A stretch of DNA of 64,000 nt from positions 1,824,001-1,888,000 of the forward strand of contig CM000207.1 of NCBI GenBank assembly GCA_000002445.1, read 5' to 3'. The notes beneath the pieces are model-generated. The model was not told where the DNA came from and did no database searches. It was given only the letters and a program-made list of their open reading frames with translations. Below, one piece after another: positions 1-11,034 of this stretch (position 1 is its first letter; every line of letters starts with the position of its first letter). The stretch comes from Trypanosoma brucei. Lineage: Eukaryota. Position numbers and translations under genes: made by a program.

Positions 1-1
1 G

Positions 2-358
2 TACGCGGGTGAAGAGGGACACATGATACCAGTGGTCACAGATGAGGATTTCATGGTTTGGATGCGCGCTTCTCCCCTCCCAAATGTCCGTAAACTCTAT
101 CGCATCATCCGAACGGACCTTCGTGCCGGCAAATATGTCATGAAAATTCGCCAAAACTACAACACAAAGCCATACGGCGGCGAAAAATCGTTCATATTTT
201 TGCAGCCCTCCATGTTGGGCGGGAAACTCACTTCGCTTTCCATCACTTACTTTGCTGTTGGTGGTTTGGCGTTAATATTCACTGTGCTAGTTTTATTCGC
301 TAGTCATGTGTGGGGTCATCACTCCTTTGCGGTCGTGGAGCGATTGCTAACAAAATAA
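2..358 (+). CDS. C-terminal fragment of a CDC50/LEM3 family protein (P4-ATPase beta subunit). The gene starts upstream of the window.
   Basis: The frame is open from the window edge. '...DEDFMVWMRASPLPNVRKLYRIIRTD...' matches the conserved CDC50/TMEM30 C-terminal motif ([23 protein letters not shown], recalled from memory). A hydrophobic TM helix (LTSLSITYFAVGGLALIFTVLVLFA) follows, as in the second TM of CDC50 proteins. Confidence 0.6.
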   Translation, partial: YAGEEGHMIPVVTDEDFMVWMRASPLPNVRKLYRIIRTDLRAGKYVMKIRQNYNTKPYGGEKSFIFLQPSMLGGKLTSLSITYFAVGGLALIFTVLVLFASHVWGHHSFAVVERLLTK

Positions 359-1500
359 TCGGTACATTAAGGCACCTTGTGTTTCAACGCTTGTTTCATT
401 TTTTTCTTTATAAACTATGAAATTTGACAAAATACAGAGGGAACAATATCGCCAAAAGAGGAGAAAGGTCGAAAAGCTAACATCACGGAGAGTAAAAACG
501 ACCAGCGAAAGTATTAAAAAGGACGAGGAGAAGGACGTGATGGGTAAACTTCTCTTCCCACTTAGTTACCGCTTTTATTTCCCTTTTTTTTTATTTTTGC
601 TTCCTTGGTATACATATACGCGTGTACGTAAACGTGTGTTTCTGCGCGTCTGTGGTGTGCCTTTGGATTTGCTGATATGAAATCGATTTTAACTTGTACG
701 TGGAATTAAAGTTTGGCCCTATAAGACAGCTCCGGCGGAGGGAAGGAGGAACAGCATATGGGAGAATGTGAGGGAAGCGATGTTTTTGTTTGCGCGTGTT
801 GTTGTTTTCCACCTGGTGACTGTTGTTTTGTCTATGTGTTTCAGTTGCAGGAGCTAGAATTGTGTGAGGCAGATGATAATTTGTGCTTACGCTCCCCAGC
901 ATAGACCCCTATACCCATTGGTCGCTCCCTCAAGTTGTTATTTCTATTATTTCTATTATTCCTTTTCTCCTTTGTTCCATATATTCCTTCCTTTTCCACT
1001 CTTTTTTTTTTAACTCCGCATACATATATACATGTCTGTATATGTGTATATATATAAATATATAAATATATACATATGTACTGTGTTAGCTATCTTTGTT
1101 TGTTTTTACGTTCTTGTTTTTCTGTGTTTCCCATTCTCATACTCCTGAGGCGTTTGTTTCGTCTGTTGCAGTGTGGTTTGTGCCAATACGCCTTTTTCAT
1201 AGGTAGTCTCTTGTGGGGTCCCAATGGCTGTTTTTATTATTTTGCTACCTTTCTTTCCTTTTCAAAAAGAAAATATTATTAAAAGAGGAAAAAAACTCTC
1301 TATCATCTCCCGCTGAAGCCTCTAAGCTGCCGTCAGGTAGCCGCGCAAAAGGGCTTTCTGTATTTCAAATTTAAAGATTAATTATTTCCACTTTCCAACG
1401 GAACTATTTCGCCCTCTTTTGTTGTTGTTGTTGTTGTTTGCTTATACTTTTTCTACACTTTCTGTATTTCATTTAAAAATTTTTTTTTGGCACCGAGTCG

Positions 1501-2106
1501 ATGGATTTAGATATCGTTGACGATGCGGAGGTATATGCCAATTCTCTTCGGGATGCACGCATAGAAATTATGAGAGGCATGAGCAGTACTGGAGACGGGA
1601 AACTGGGGGAGAATTGCCATCCATTTCTAAAGGAAGTTGTGGTGGATGGGAGGCGGCAAGCAGAACAGCAGGCTGCGGTATTAGCCGCCACGGAATTTTT
1701 TATTAATGAACTTCTCACGTGCCTTGAATGCGGTATGGTTCTGAATGGTGTAAAAGAAAGTGAAGCTACGCAATGGCGCGTGTGGTTTCGCATATTTTTG
1801 TCTCTCTACGAAGCGTCGCCAGCTCCAACGCAGGCGCAGTGGGAGCACGAGATGCGGTTACAGAATTGTGAAACTTACTTCGGCGAAACTCTTGACTCCG
1901 GTTCAGATAATAATGACTGGGATGAAGAAGACGATGGCTCCAATGTGGAATTCCACCTTAGAACATTGGTCACTCACTGCCTCGCGGCCGCTCGAACCTG
2001 GCGTAGGCAACGTTGTGAAGCGGGAAATACCGAGCTCATGGCAAAATTGCAGCGTGCTACGTCTATTATGTGCGCCTTCGTGGAACCGCATTCACTGGAC
2101 TGGTAG
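1501..2106 (+). CDS. hypothetical protein (201 aa)
   Basis: A non-low-complexity + strand ORF in the same orientation as its neighbours. It has an acidic patch (DNNDWDEEDDG). No family recognised. Confidence 0.4.
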   Translation: MDLDIVDDAEVYANSLRDARIEIMRGMSSTGDGKLGENCHPFLKEVVVDGRRQAEQQAAVLAATEFFINELLTCLECGMVLNGVKESEATQWRVWFRIFLSLYEASPAPTQAQWEHEMRLQNCETYFGETLDSGSDNNDWDEEDDGSNVEFHLRTLVTHCLAAARTWRRQRCEAGNTELMAKLQRATSIMCAFVEPHSLDW

Positions 2107-2584
2107 TATTAACTTTTCATTATTTATTACGGGTCTTATCACTTATGTGACAGACGCTATTGTTAGCGCATGTTGCGATTTCAGATGAGTGACGCTCCAG
2201 TTGGCGAAGAGGTGCGTGTTATTTACTCCAACGTATACTGTTACCGTTGTTTATTACTCGTTGAGCACATTTGACGCGAACTGTTTCTGTGCAAAAATGC
2301 CTATCTCTCCTTTGTGCTCGACTGTTTTTTCTTCTTCCTTCTCACCGCACTTCGTCTGCTTGCTCCTTTCCTGCCTTGCTGCTGTTACACTTTTGTACTT
2401 CACTTTACGCAAGCGTTATGTTCCTTCCTCCTTACACTTTTAGTTTTCCTCTTTTTTCCCCCTTAAAAAAATCTGTTCCCTTATTTTCCACGCTTAATAT
2501 ACCGCCGTTAGTTTTTTTTTGCTTTGCAAATTTTGGCTAGTTTGGTTGGGTGATACCCCTGCCCGGCAGGGAGTGTAGGCGTTT

Positions 2585-2618
2585 CCATTTTTTTTTTACT
2601 TAGTTTTTTTTCTTTTTA
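2585..2618 (+). promoter_or_regulatory. polypyrimidine tract, putative trans-splicing acceptor signal for the downstream methyltransferase gene
   Basis: A run of T/C (ttccattttttttttacttagttttttttctttttac) about 50-80 nt upstream of the ATG at 2667, followed by AG dinucleotides. This is the standard kinetoplastid SL-addition signal architecture. Confidence 0.4.
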
Positions 2619-2666
2619 CGAAAAAAGAAAAAAAAAACACGTCACTTCCTCCTTTGCTCGTGTGCG

Positions 2667-4208
2667 TTGGTTATGTATCCTAGTCTTTTTAAGAAGCGAC
2701 CCCGTGATGATGATGCAAAATCAATATCGTTGAGTTTCCCCCCTGCCGTGGTGGAGCACTATCCATCAAAGCTTTCTTTTCCAGTTATTATTGACGCCAA
2801 CTTTCCCGCGCAGGAGTACTGTTCCCGCGGTGCTAGCGTGAAGAGCTCCATTCACTGGGGTCAACGGAAGCTTTTGCTTTCAGAGATTCAGCTGCTTTGC
2901 CTCTACGCACGACCAGATGTCTCATATCATATCGTATACGCCGGTTCTGCCCCTGGTACGCACTTGGCGTATCTTGACGAAATGTTTAGGGGACGACATA
3001 CATGGGAGCTTGTAGATCCGGGAAAGTTTGACCGCCCCGTGCTGGAGAAGCACCCTAACTTTACATTGCGAAATGAATTTTTTACTAATGCGACGGCATA
3101 TGGAATAAACGCTCGCCGTCTGTCGAATGTTTGCCCGGCACTCGGTGCTATTTACGAGCATGTAGCAGTTGACAGTGCAGATCCGCGTTTGAAGGACCTT
3201 CATCAAAAGTTACAAACCGTGATAGGAACGCATGACGTCGCCCGGGGGACGGAAAGCATCCCGTCTATGTATGAACCGCAGCGCCAGCTTCCTGTGGGTT
3301 TTGAGTTATTGTGCGCTGTAGCGAGGGAACGGGAACGGCCATTGTTGTTCATATCAGACATCCGTTCAGGGAGTGTGAACCTCCCGAACTTTGAGGATCA
3401 CGTGGCAGAAAACATGAAGGCACAGAAATGCTGGTGTCAGATCCTACAAGGTGAATTTAGCATGTTGAAATTCAGGTTGCCGTATACCCACAGAGGCAAA
3501 GGGGTTGGAGAGGGGAGGAAGAAGGTGCCTTCACACCTTATTGGGAAGGATGGCACCGTTACGTACCTCAAGGGAGACCTTCTACTCCCCATATGGACAC
3601 GCCCGACGAGCACTGAGGGACGTCTTGTGGTTGCTTGCGGCGCGCCGCAGGTATCGTACAATGTCCAATATGTGGAAAACCAATTCTTTTTCTTCAACGC
3701 GCACTTGCGGGAGAGGGTTCACTTCAATCATTTACTTCCACCTGATCTGGACCTCGACCATCACTACGACGCAGCTGCCGAGGTGAACTGTCTTCTTGCG
3801 TATCTGAAGTTTATTGATCCGAATTTAAGGAATGCCCCGGCCGACGTTTTGGCGCGTGAGGTGAAACGTGTTTCTTCTTCCATAACAGCGCAACTGCGGA
3901 CTACATTTCAAGACGCCATTCGGCGGAGGGATGCCCTCGTACTGAAGCACGCGCGCGGTGGGAACCTCGATGATGAAGATGGCGGTGAGAGCGACGGTGA
4001 GGAGCCTGGCGATTCTCCGCAATGCGCTGCTGATCACCAACGTCATAACAAGAACGGTTGTGCAGGCTCACCTATGGAGGAAATGGCGAAGGCTTTGATA
4101 GCAGCGGCTGCGAAGGAGAGGGCGCGGGTGTTGTGGAAGCGCAATGTGGAGGAGTCGGAGACGGATCCGCTTAGTGGGGTTTGGGTAACAACAAAAATGA
4201 AACAGTAA
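2667..4208 (+). CDS. mRNA cap-specific nucleoside 2'-O-methyltransferase, poxvirus VP39-like. Its size (513 aa, about 57 kDa) matches the T. brucei cap methyltransferase MT57 (also called TbMTr3).
   Basis: 'HWGQRKLLLSEIQLLCLYARPDVSYHIVYAGSAPGTHLAYLDEMF' aligns with vaccinia VP39 'HGQLKLLLGELFFLSKLQ...VVYIGSAPGTHIRYLRDHF' (Rossmann SAM-binding G-x-A-P-G motif). There is a downstream '...ISDIRS' (VP39 'LISDVRS') block. The acidic C-terminal extension has no VP39 counterpart. Confidence 0.8.
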   Translation: MVMYPSLFKKRPRDDDAKSISLSFPPAVVEHYPSKLSFPVIIDANFPAQEYCSRGASVKSSIHWGQRKLLLSEIQLLCLYARPDVSYHIVYAGSAPGTHLAYLDEMFRGRHTWELVDPGKFDRPVLEKHPNFTLRNEFFTNATAYGINARRLSNVCPALGAIYEHVAVDSADPRLKDLHQKLQTVIGTHDVARGTESIPSMYEPQRQLPVGFELLCAVARERERPLLFISDIRSGSVNLPNFEDHVAENMKAQKCWCQILQGEFSMLKFRLPYTHRGKGVGEGRKKVPSHLIGKDGTVTYLKGDLLLPIWTRPTSTEGRLVVACGAPQVSYNVQYVENQFFFFNAHLRERVHFNHLLPPDLDLDHHYDAAAEVNCLLAYLKFIDPNLRNAPADVLAREVKRVSSSITAQLRTTFQDAIRRRDALVLKHARGGNLDDEDGGESDGEEPGDSPQCAADHQRHNKNGCAGSPMEEMAKALIAAAAKERARVLWKRNVEESETDPLSGVWVTTKMKQ

Positions 4209-5519
4209 TCATATGATATTTTGGTGGTTTAGTTATTCCGCGTGTTAAATGTACATGTGACCGTTTGTGAGCTGCAAAGAGCAATTTCCTGCTCGTAATA
4301 CGAGCGAAGGGGAACCCACAAAAAGATAAATGGGAGGAGGAGGAGGGGCAAATTTCCCCGCAGTTTATTCCGTTAGTTTTACATGGTGTTGCCGACCGTG
4401 CTTTCATGGAGCATATTCCATTTAATTTCCCTCTTTCCTCACTGGTGTGGGTGGTTGTATCGTTTGAATTGACTTCTTCCAAAAGTGGAACTCGCGTAAA
4501 GATATTCCTATTCCCTACTTTTACTCCCTAAACGATGAGTTGTCAGTTTGGTTGATGTTGTGGGGCGTACTTGGAATGTAAGGCCTGTAATGGTAGTGGC
4601 GGTGGCGGCGGCGTTAATGCATTGGGTTGGTACCAGTTTATTTCGTGTTGTACCATTTCTTTACCGGCACTGTTCCGTGAGTGATCTCGAGCGTTTTTAC
4701 TTTGCTCAGGTTCCCCCTTTTTCCCCTTTTGCAAAAGCAAAAGATAAATAAATAGTCTGATAAACCGTTGTCTGTCATTTTCCTCCCCTCTTTTCTCGCC
4801 TGCCCTTTCCCCCGATTGCTGCTGTGGTATGCCAAAAAGCGATGTGTGCGGGAGGATGTGTATGCGTACCACTGCGTGGCAACATTTTCCGCTGCTTTCG
4901 TGCGGTTCCCCCACATCCACTGGTCAACACTGCTGCTGTTCATGAATTATTGGGCGAGCAAATGCATAACTAAACAACAAAATGTTGTTAATTAAATATG
5001 TAAATGTGTAAATAAACAAACACTTATTTATTTACGCATACATGTACATACATATGTGAGTGTGTTGGGATACTTTGTTTGTTCATTTGTCTTGTTATTT
5101 TCGTATGGAGTGAAGAGCGAGAACGAATATATAAGTAAAAAAAAAGAAGAGAGAAAACAACAAGGAATACACGCCTTAATTCCTTTTTTTGTAAAAGGCG
5201 TCTATCAGAGCAAATAACTTTAAAAGAAAACTAGGTGAAGAAGTGGAGCAAAAGGGTTTATTTTGTTGTTGGAAGGAAAGAAAGCAGCACAGATAGCGCG
5301 CGTGTGTTGGTTCCTTTTGTGTAGGAAAGCGCACTGAAGTAGGGTAGAAAGAGAAAAAGAAAACGGAAGTGAGGGTGAATAGGGTGACGCTGACACGTGC
5401 GTGTGTGTGTTGTTTGGTTGCACCAAAGTAGCTATTTAGTGGAAGAAAATCCAGTTATTTGAATTGTCATCCCTCTAATTGGGGGAAGTGGGAAATCAGG
5501 TAAGTTGCAATTAGGGAGA

Positions 5520-8507
5520 ATGGCTAGTGCCCCCCGCCTTGGTCGCAAGGGAGGGAAAATTACTGCCTCACCCATTATCCCTACGCATGCGCTTACGCCT
5601 GGAAGTTCCACGTCGCCAGTTTCGCTTCACACACCCGGTGAGGGTACCACGATTATTGGCGACCCCAACGCTGCTCATCCTTTCGGCTCCGATATGCTCA
5701 CTGTTACGAAGAAACAAACCTCCGCGGAGGCTAATGTTCTTCAATTTGACGTGGGTGCAATCCAATTACTGGGAAAGGGTGTTGTTGTTGGAAGGGCAAA
5801 ACAGGCTCGGACACGGACGTACCAACCGCAATCCGATGCTACGGAGGTAAGACAGCGGTTGCATGGAGTTTTCTCAACGCGGCGAAGCAAGGTTCCGCAT
5901 CGCGCCGCGTCTGCAGGATTGGACGCACTTCAAGAGAGCGAAGTCGTTGCCACGCGAAAGTCGCAAGATACGTTATCACTTGTGGCTGCTTTGCTGTCTG
6001 CTGATCGAATGGCGAACATTCTCGTTGTTGTCTCCAAATACTACGAGCTGAGTCACGTCAGGTCGAGTGTTGAGGCCATTTTACGAGAAGAGGGAGAAGA
6101 TACTCAAAGTGTTGGTGTACTTTTTGGGCAAACTTTCGAGGGTAGCAAATCTACTCGCGCGTGGGTGATGACCGCGGATATGGCCCTCCTCTACATGACA
6201 CAATTGGGGAGTCCCGCTCCCTTTACGCATGTAGTTGTTCCTTGTTGCGTCGACACAACCTCGTCACTATCATGCTTTCTCAAGATGCTTGGTGGGTGGA
6301 TGATGAGTAACACACCTCGCTCCCAGTCCGTGCGGCTTGTTGTCACAACGGACTGCAGCAGCGATGGTCATGTTGCTAGGACAATTGGTGTACCGAGAGT
6401 CAAGATTCTGGATGACAAAGTAATCCGCCTGCACGAATTCTCGTACAATGAGGTGTGCGCTCTACTTGGAAAGCAAACCATGGAAATGGATAAGGATGCC
6501 GCGGGGAAATTCCCCAGCCCGCCGAAGCGACTTGTTGACTACACCGCGGATGTTGCCGCTGAGCTTGTGCGTTATGTTGTTACTCACACCCCTACGGCAC
6601 AGATCTTTTCTATATTTACCGCGGATGTTCGTGAAGTACTTACCGCCCTGCAGGGGGCCAAAATTGAGGATTGCACCGTGTACTCTACGCTGAAAAGCGC
6701 TGCTGACAAGGTTGAAACGAAACATCGTGTGCACGTCATAAATCATGTGAGTCATGCCTTGGATACCGAAAATGAATTCACAATGGTGCTAGACATGGGG
6801 ACCATACGGCGTTCATCTGTACAACACAAGTCGGAGAGTTTCATAGCGGCCAGCACTACAGAATGGGAATCCAAAGCTGAGCAGGCCGAACGCAAGTCTA
6901 TTCTTGGCGAAAACACCACTTGTTGCTACTTTGCCCTCTTTCAGGATGATGTCGGTGCCTCTTTCCAAGACGAAGCCCAGTTCCTTCCGGACATATTCAA
7001 TGTGGAGAACGCCTTCGTGCAATGCGCACGACTGAACCTTTCGGTATGTGAGGTGGGTCGCTTGTTACCCTCCGTTCCACGTGATGTTGTTGATCAAGTG
7101 ATGCAGAAGGTCGCAGAAAAATGTATGATTTCGACTCCGGACAGTCTTGACATCACGTTTCTTGGTGAAATAAAGTCACGACTGCCGGTTGAGATAGACG
7201 TTGCGTATTTGATAATGGGTGGTTGCAGCCTGGGGCTCGGAGAGGCAACACTTGTGGTTAGTGCAGTGATTGCGCTGCCCTTCCGATCTACTGCACCTCC
7301 TACCTACACCGTGAACCGTTGGACTGAGGCTACTCAGGAAAGTCGGAAGAGATGTGCTGGCGATATTGCATTATCTAGTGACCTTCTCGCTGATGCGTTC
7401 GTGTTTTTGGAGTGGCTTAGGCTCCGTACTACCGGTGCAGCGACAGCTACCTTCCTTGAGGCGTTTCTTGTGCAGGAATTCAAGTTTGAAAAAATAGAAG
7501 GATTGATGAACCACATGAGAGATCAGTTGATGAACTACGCGTTTTTGGATCGCCTGGATGACGTGGACACCGTAAATAAGGTTGCAGAATCCTTGAGGGA
7601 GAATGCATCGACGATGCTCATGTTGTTGTCTATGGCTCTCTCTCGTCGTGCGGCGTTTATTCGTGATGCGGGCCACATAAACGAGAAGGATCGTCACGCC
7701 TCCATGGTATTTGTGCGTACTTCTAAGCAGCTAGTGGTTCATCCATTTATCCCTTCAGGTGCCAGATGGGAGACAGGCGGAATCGTGATCCCTGTGATTC
7801 TGAAGAACAGTACCACAATTCTGGGGGGAATGTTTTCCCTTGTGGACACTTCACTTTTCTTTGCATCTCTGCTACTACTTTACCCACAAATTGAATATTC
7901 CAGGCCGGTGACAACCGAAAGGGGCCGCGTAGTGTACTTCGGCGTTGCGTGCAACTGGCAAATGAAGCGTTTCGTTGTTTCTATTGATGATGCAACACAA
8001 ATTCTTGATTTCAGGGAGAACATCAACACAGCAATAGGGTGCATGCGGGCGCTGCGTATGCTCCCCCACCCCATTTCAAAGACTAGGTTTGCCATAGCGC
8101 TGAAGGAACACGACCGCTTCTTTGACATGGAAAGACTTCACAGAGAAACACAGCGCCGACTCCACAGTCTCGCCGCTGCTCTGAACGTACAGGAACACCA
8201 AGGTAGTTTTGAAACGTTCGCAAAGCATTACACCGCGCCGAAGGAAATAATTCCGTTCAATGATGTGGCGGCAACGGATGTATTGTTGCTTCGTCGCTTT
8301 GCCGACGGCACGCTATGGGACGAACAGCGGCCTTCGCCGCAAAGCGCACCGGCAATTGGGTCAAGTCCCCAAAAATCAGCAGTATTAACTCCCTTCGATA
8401 CCGCTATCCCTGCACCGTACGACGATGACGACGATGACGTGCAAATCATCCAAAACTCCTACTTTATGCTGCATGGACCACTCATTGAGGATGATGACGA
8501 TGATTAA
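5520..8507 (+). CDS. hypothetical protein (about 995 aa) with a poly-Asp C-terminus. The alternative ATG at 5505 is in frame.
   Basis: A long uninterrupted + ORF of non-repetitive composition. The C-terminal 'DDDDDDVQIIQNSYFMLHGPLIEDDDDD' is a hydrophobic V-x-I-I core flanked by acidic runs. Confidence 0.6.
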   Translation: MASAPRLGRKGGKITASPIIPTHALTPGSSTSPVSLHTPGEGTTIIGDPNAAHPFGSDMLTVTKKQTSAEANVLQFDVGAIQLLGKGVVVGRAKQARTRTYQPQSDATEVRQRLHGVFSTRRSKVPHRAASAGLDALQESEVVATRKSQDTLSLVAALLSADRMANILVVVSKYYELSHVRSSVEAILREEGEDTQSVGVLFGQTFEGSKSTRAWVMTADMALLYMTQLGSPAPFTHVVVPCCVDTTSSLSCFLKMLGGWMMSNTPRSQSVRLVVTTDCSSDGHVARTIGVPRVKILDDKVIRLHEFSYNEVCALLGKQTMEMDKDAAGKFPSPPKRLVDYTADVAAELVRYVVTHTPTAQIFSIFTADVREVLTALQGAKIEDCTVYSTLKSAADKVETKHRVHVINHVSHALDTENEFTMVLDMGTIRRSSVQHKSESFIAASTTEWESKAEQAERKSILGENTTCCYFALFQDDVGASFQDEAQFLPDIFNVENAFVQCARLNLSVCEVGRLLPSVPRDVVDQVMQKVAEKCMISTPDSLDITFLGEIKSRLPVEIDVAYLIMGGCSLGLGEATLVVSAVIALPFRSTAPPTYTVNRWTEATQESRKRCAGDIALSSDLLADAFVFLEWLRLRTTGAATATFLEAFLVQEFKFEKIEGLMNHMRDQLMNYAFLDRLDDVDTVNKVAESLRENASTMLMLLSMALSRRAAFIRDAGHINEKDRHASMVFVRTSKQLVVHPFIPSGARWETGGIVIPVILKNSTTILGGMFSLVDTSLFFASLLLLYPQIEYSRPVTTERGRVVYFGVACNWQMKRFVVSIDDATQILDFRENINTAIGCMRALRMLPHPISKTRFAIALKEHDRFFDMERLHRETQRRLHSLAAALNVQEHQGSFETFAKHYTAPKEIIPFNDVAATDVLLLRRFADGTLWDEQRPSPQSAPAIGSSPQKSAVLTPFDTAIPAPYDDDDDDVQIIQNSYFMLHGPLIEDDDDD

Positions 8508-10053
8508 AGTTGAGGACGTTTCCGTGTGGATCCTTTTGCAACGTTGTTGCTCAAGCTTTTGGGGTTACATAGACTTGCAGACACCTCCTCTGTTTCCCTT
8601 CCGCGCAATCTTTGTAGCTGGCACTTCTGCGACCACATCAATAGGTGACGTAAAAAGGGGTACACGGGATGAATATACAAATGTCTCTGAAGTCAGAGAG
8701 GTACTGAGGGGCTGGTGCAGAGGGATCAGGGACTAGGAAAGAGTGTGGTCCCGGCGATGAGCAGAAGGATAAAAATGGGGAATGTGAGTGTTATTGATTG
8801 ATGATGAATGTGTTGTTGTTGAGGCAGAGGGGAGAAGAGCGGGGTAGATATTACAGGAATTTGAAAGAAGGAAGGGGGAGGAGTGTGAGAGCGTGACTGA
8901 TTTATATTGTGGAATATGCGCTGTGTCGTGGGTATATTCGTGTGTGTGTATGTGTGTTTGCTAGTGCGTTGGGTGGAAGGGGAGCAAGAGGGGTGATTTG
9001 TTGAGGTGACGCCTCTGAGTGTGCGGATGTTTCGCGGCACTGGTAAAAAAGCCCACAAACGGGCGTATCGTTTTCTTTTTTTTCTTATTTATTCCTTGTT
9101 CGGTCTCTCCTACTGGGTTGCGACTCCAAGGGCGAGAAGATATACGGAAAAAAAGAATGCCAACTCAAAAAGGTTGAATATTTAAGTTTCTTTATGTATA
9201 TACGTCCCTTGATTTTCGCACGTTTTGATGCATCAGTCAATTACCGTCGTTTGGGGGGTTCTCCTTTATTTTGGAGATTGCACCACATGGGGGTTGAGGT
9301 GCCTGGAGTGTATCGTCCGAATAGCCCCTTACGTCCCCTAGGCATTTTGTTACCCCTCCTTTTTTTAAAGTGACGCATTGTTGAAACTCTACTTACACGG
9401 ATCAAGCGCCCGCTCATCTCGTTCTCTCCTTTTTCTTTTTGTTAACCGTTTTACTTCTCTGCTCGTACTCTGTCCTTCGATTTTTAAAAATCCCCCACCG
9501 CTGGGTTTTTTTTCTGTCTGACATTTCAATGAGGCCACTTGTTATTGTCTAAGGCGCTTGCGATTCTCTATGTTTTGTGTGCATGTCCCTTATATCACTG
9601 CTGTGCCTTTGCAACTGTCTCTCTCTCTACTACCTTTTCTTTTCTGCACTGTTCCATTTTACCAAACTTCTACCGTAAGCGATCTTCGTAGTTGAGTACT
9701 TCACGTACGCAACACGGGGGGTACGCATATATCCAACAGCCGCTTTGAATAAGGCGTTAGGGAAGGAGACATTACAAGTGGTAAGTGTAAAGGGTTTAGA
9801 AACTCCTGAAGGGGGACTGGAGAAATCCGTCTGCGTCGGCTCTTACCCCCTCCGTCACTTTGAAAGCGAACTACTCTGACACATTTTAGGAGAGGGAACA
9901 CATAACTTACCATTCAGGCATTACGCTCGCACTCTTCCACCGGCAAATCCACACAAAGTGAGTTGACATTACGTTAACAGAAAGTAGGGGGTATAGGTGG
10001 TGCTGCATACCCGAACCTGTTATTTGAATGATAGTTTCGTGTGAACCCGTACG

Positions 10054-10605
10054 ATGAGTTACCTACCCGACGCGGAGATTGACGCACTCATTCGTGAGGA
10101 CGAGGAGCGGCGCGCCGGCCGCGGCAACATTTCCATAGCCGAACTATTTAGTGTGCCAACGCCACCGGCTGTGAAGCCACCGACTCCACCACCTCCGAAG
10201 AAGAAGTTAAGAGGCCTCATCTGTGAAATGCTACCAGTAGAGGATGAGGAGTTTTTATGTGATGAATACGATGAACTGGCCCGTTCCCCTAATGATATGG
10301 ACAGGTGGGTGGGACATCATCGGGATCCTCCTCCGCCGCACTACAGTGGCCCGGTGCTGACTCTTAAGTCATGGGGGCCGTACACCCGTTTTGAAGTTTT
10401 GTCGAGCCTTCCCCCGGTGCCACCACGATTCGATGGAAAGAAGAAGGTTTGTAATCGAAGTCGGCATTACCCTAGACCCGCCCTTCCAAAGTGTAATAAA
10501 TCTTTAGACCAGAAAAAACAGTCTAATTCTTTGTGGTTGTGGAAGCGTAGCATGGGTTTTCTTAGCGAAGAGAATCGGTCAACTGGTGTGACTGAAAATC
10601 AGTAG
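10054..10605 (+). CDS. hypothetical proline-rich protein (183 aa)
   Basis: A + strand ORF with PTPPPPKKK and PPPPHYSGP stretches. No family recognised. It could be a real small gene or a UTR artefact. Confidence 0.35.
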   Translation: MSYLPDAEIDALIREDEERRAGRGNISIAELFSVPTPPAVKPPTPPPPKKKLRGLICEMLPVEDEEFLCDEYDELARSPNDMDRWVGHHRDPPPPHYSGPVLTLKSWGPYTRFEVLSSLPPVPPRFDGKKKVCNRSRHYPRPALPKCNKSLDQKKQSNSLWLWKRSMGFLSEENRSTGVTENQ

Positions 10606-11034
10606 TAATCGATTATTCTGTGTGAGTTTTACGCCGCGTGTGCTATGTACTACTATTTTGTTCTTCTGTAGGTGATGTGATTTTGCATCCTTTTGTTTGC
10701 TTGCTCTTCTACGCCCAATTCCTGCTTTCCTTATTCCACTCTTATATATGTGAGTGACGTTGCGGAATGCGCTAATATCGGTGGGGCCATTTTATTTCGT
10801 GATATCTGTCATGGATTCTCTAGTGCTGCAGCTCCTCTACGTCGATTTCCCCCTTTTTTGTTGTTCTTTTCCTTTGCATCTCCTTCTAACCGGAACTACC
10901 AAAACATGAATGTTTTGTGCTTGTGTGTCTAATATACGTTTGGAAAATGGTCAAATGCATTTACAATATAGATATACTGGGCGCATTTGTCCCAAGATTT
11001 CAAAGTGGTGAGAAAGAGGTTTAAAAGTTAACGT

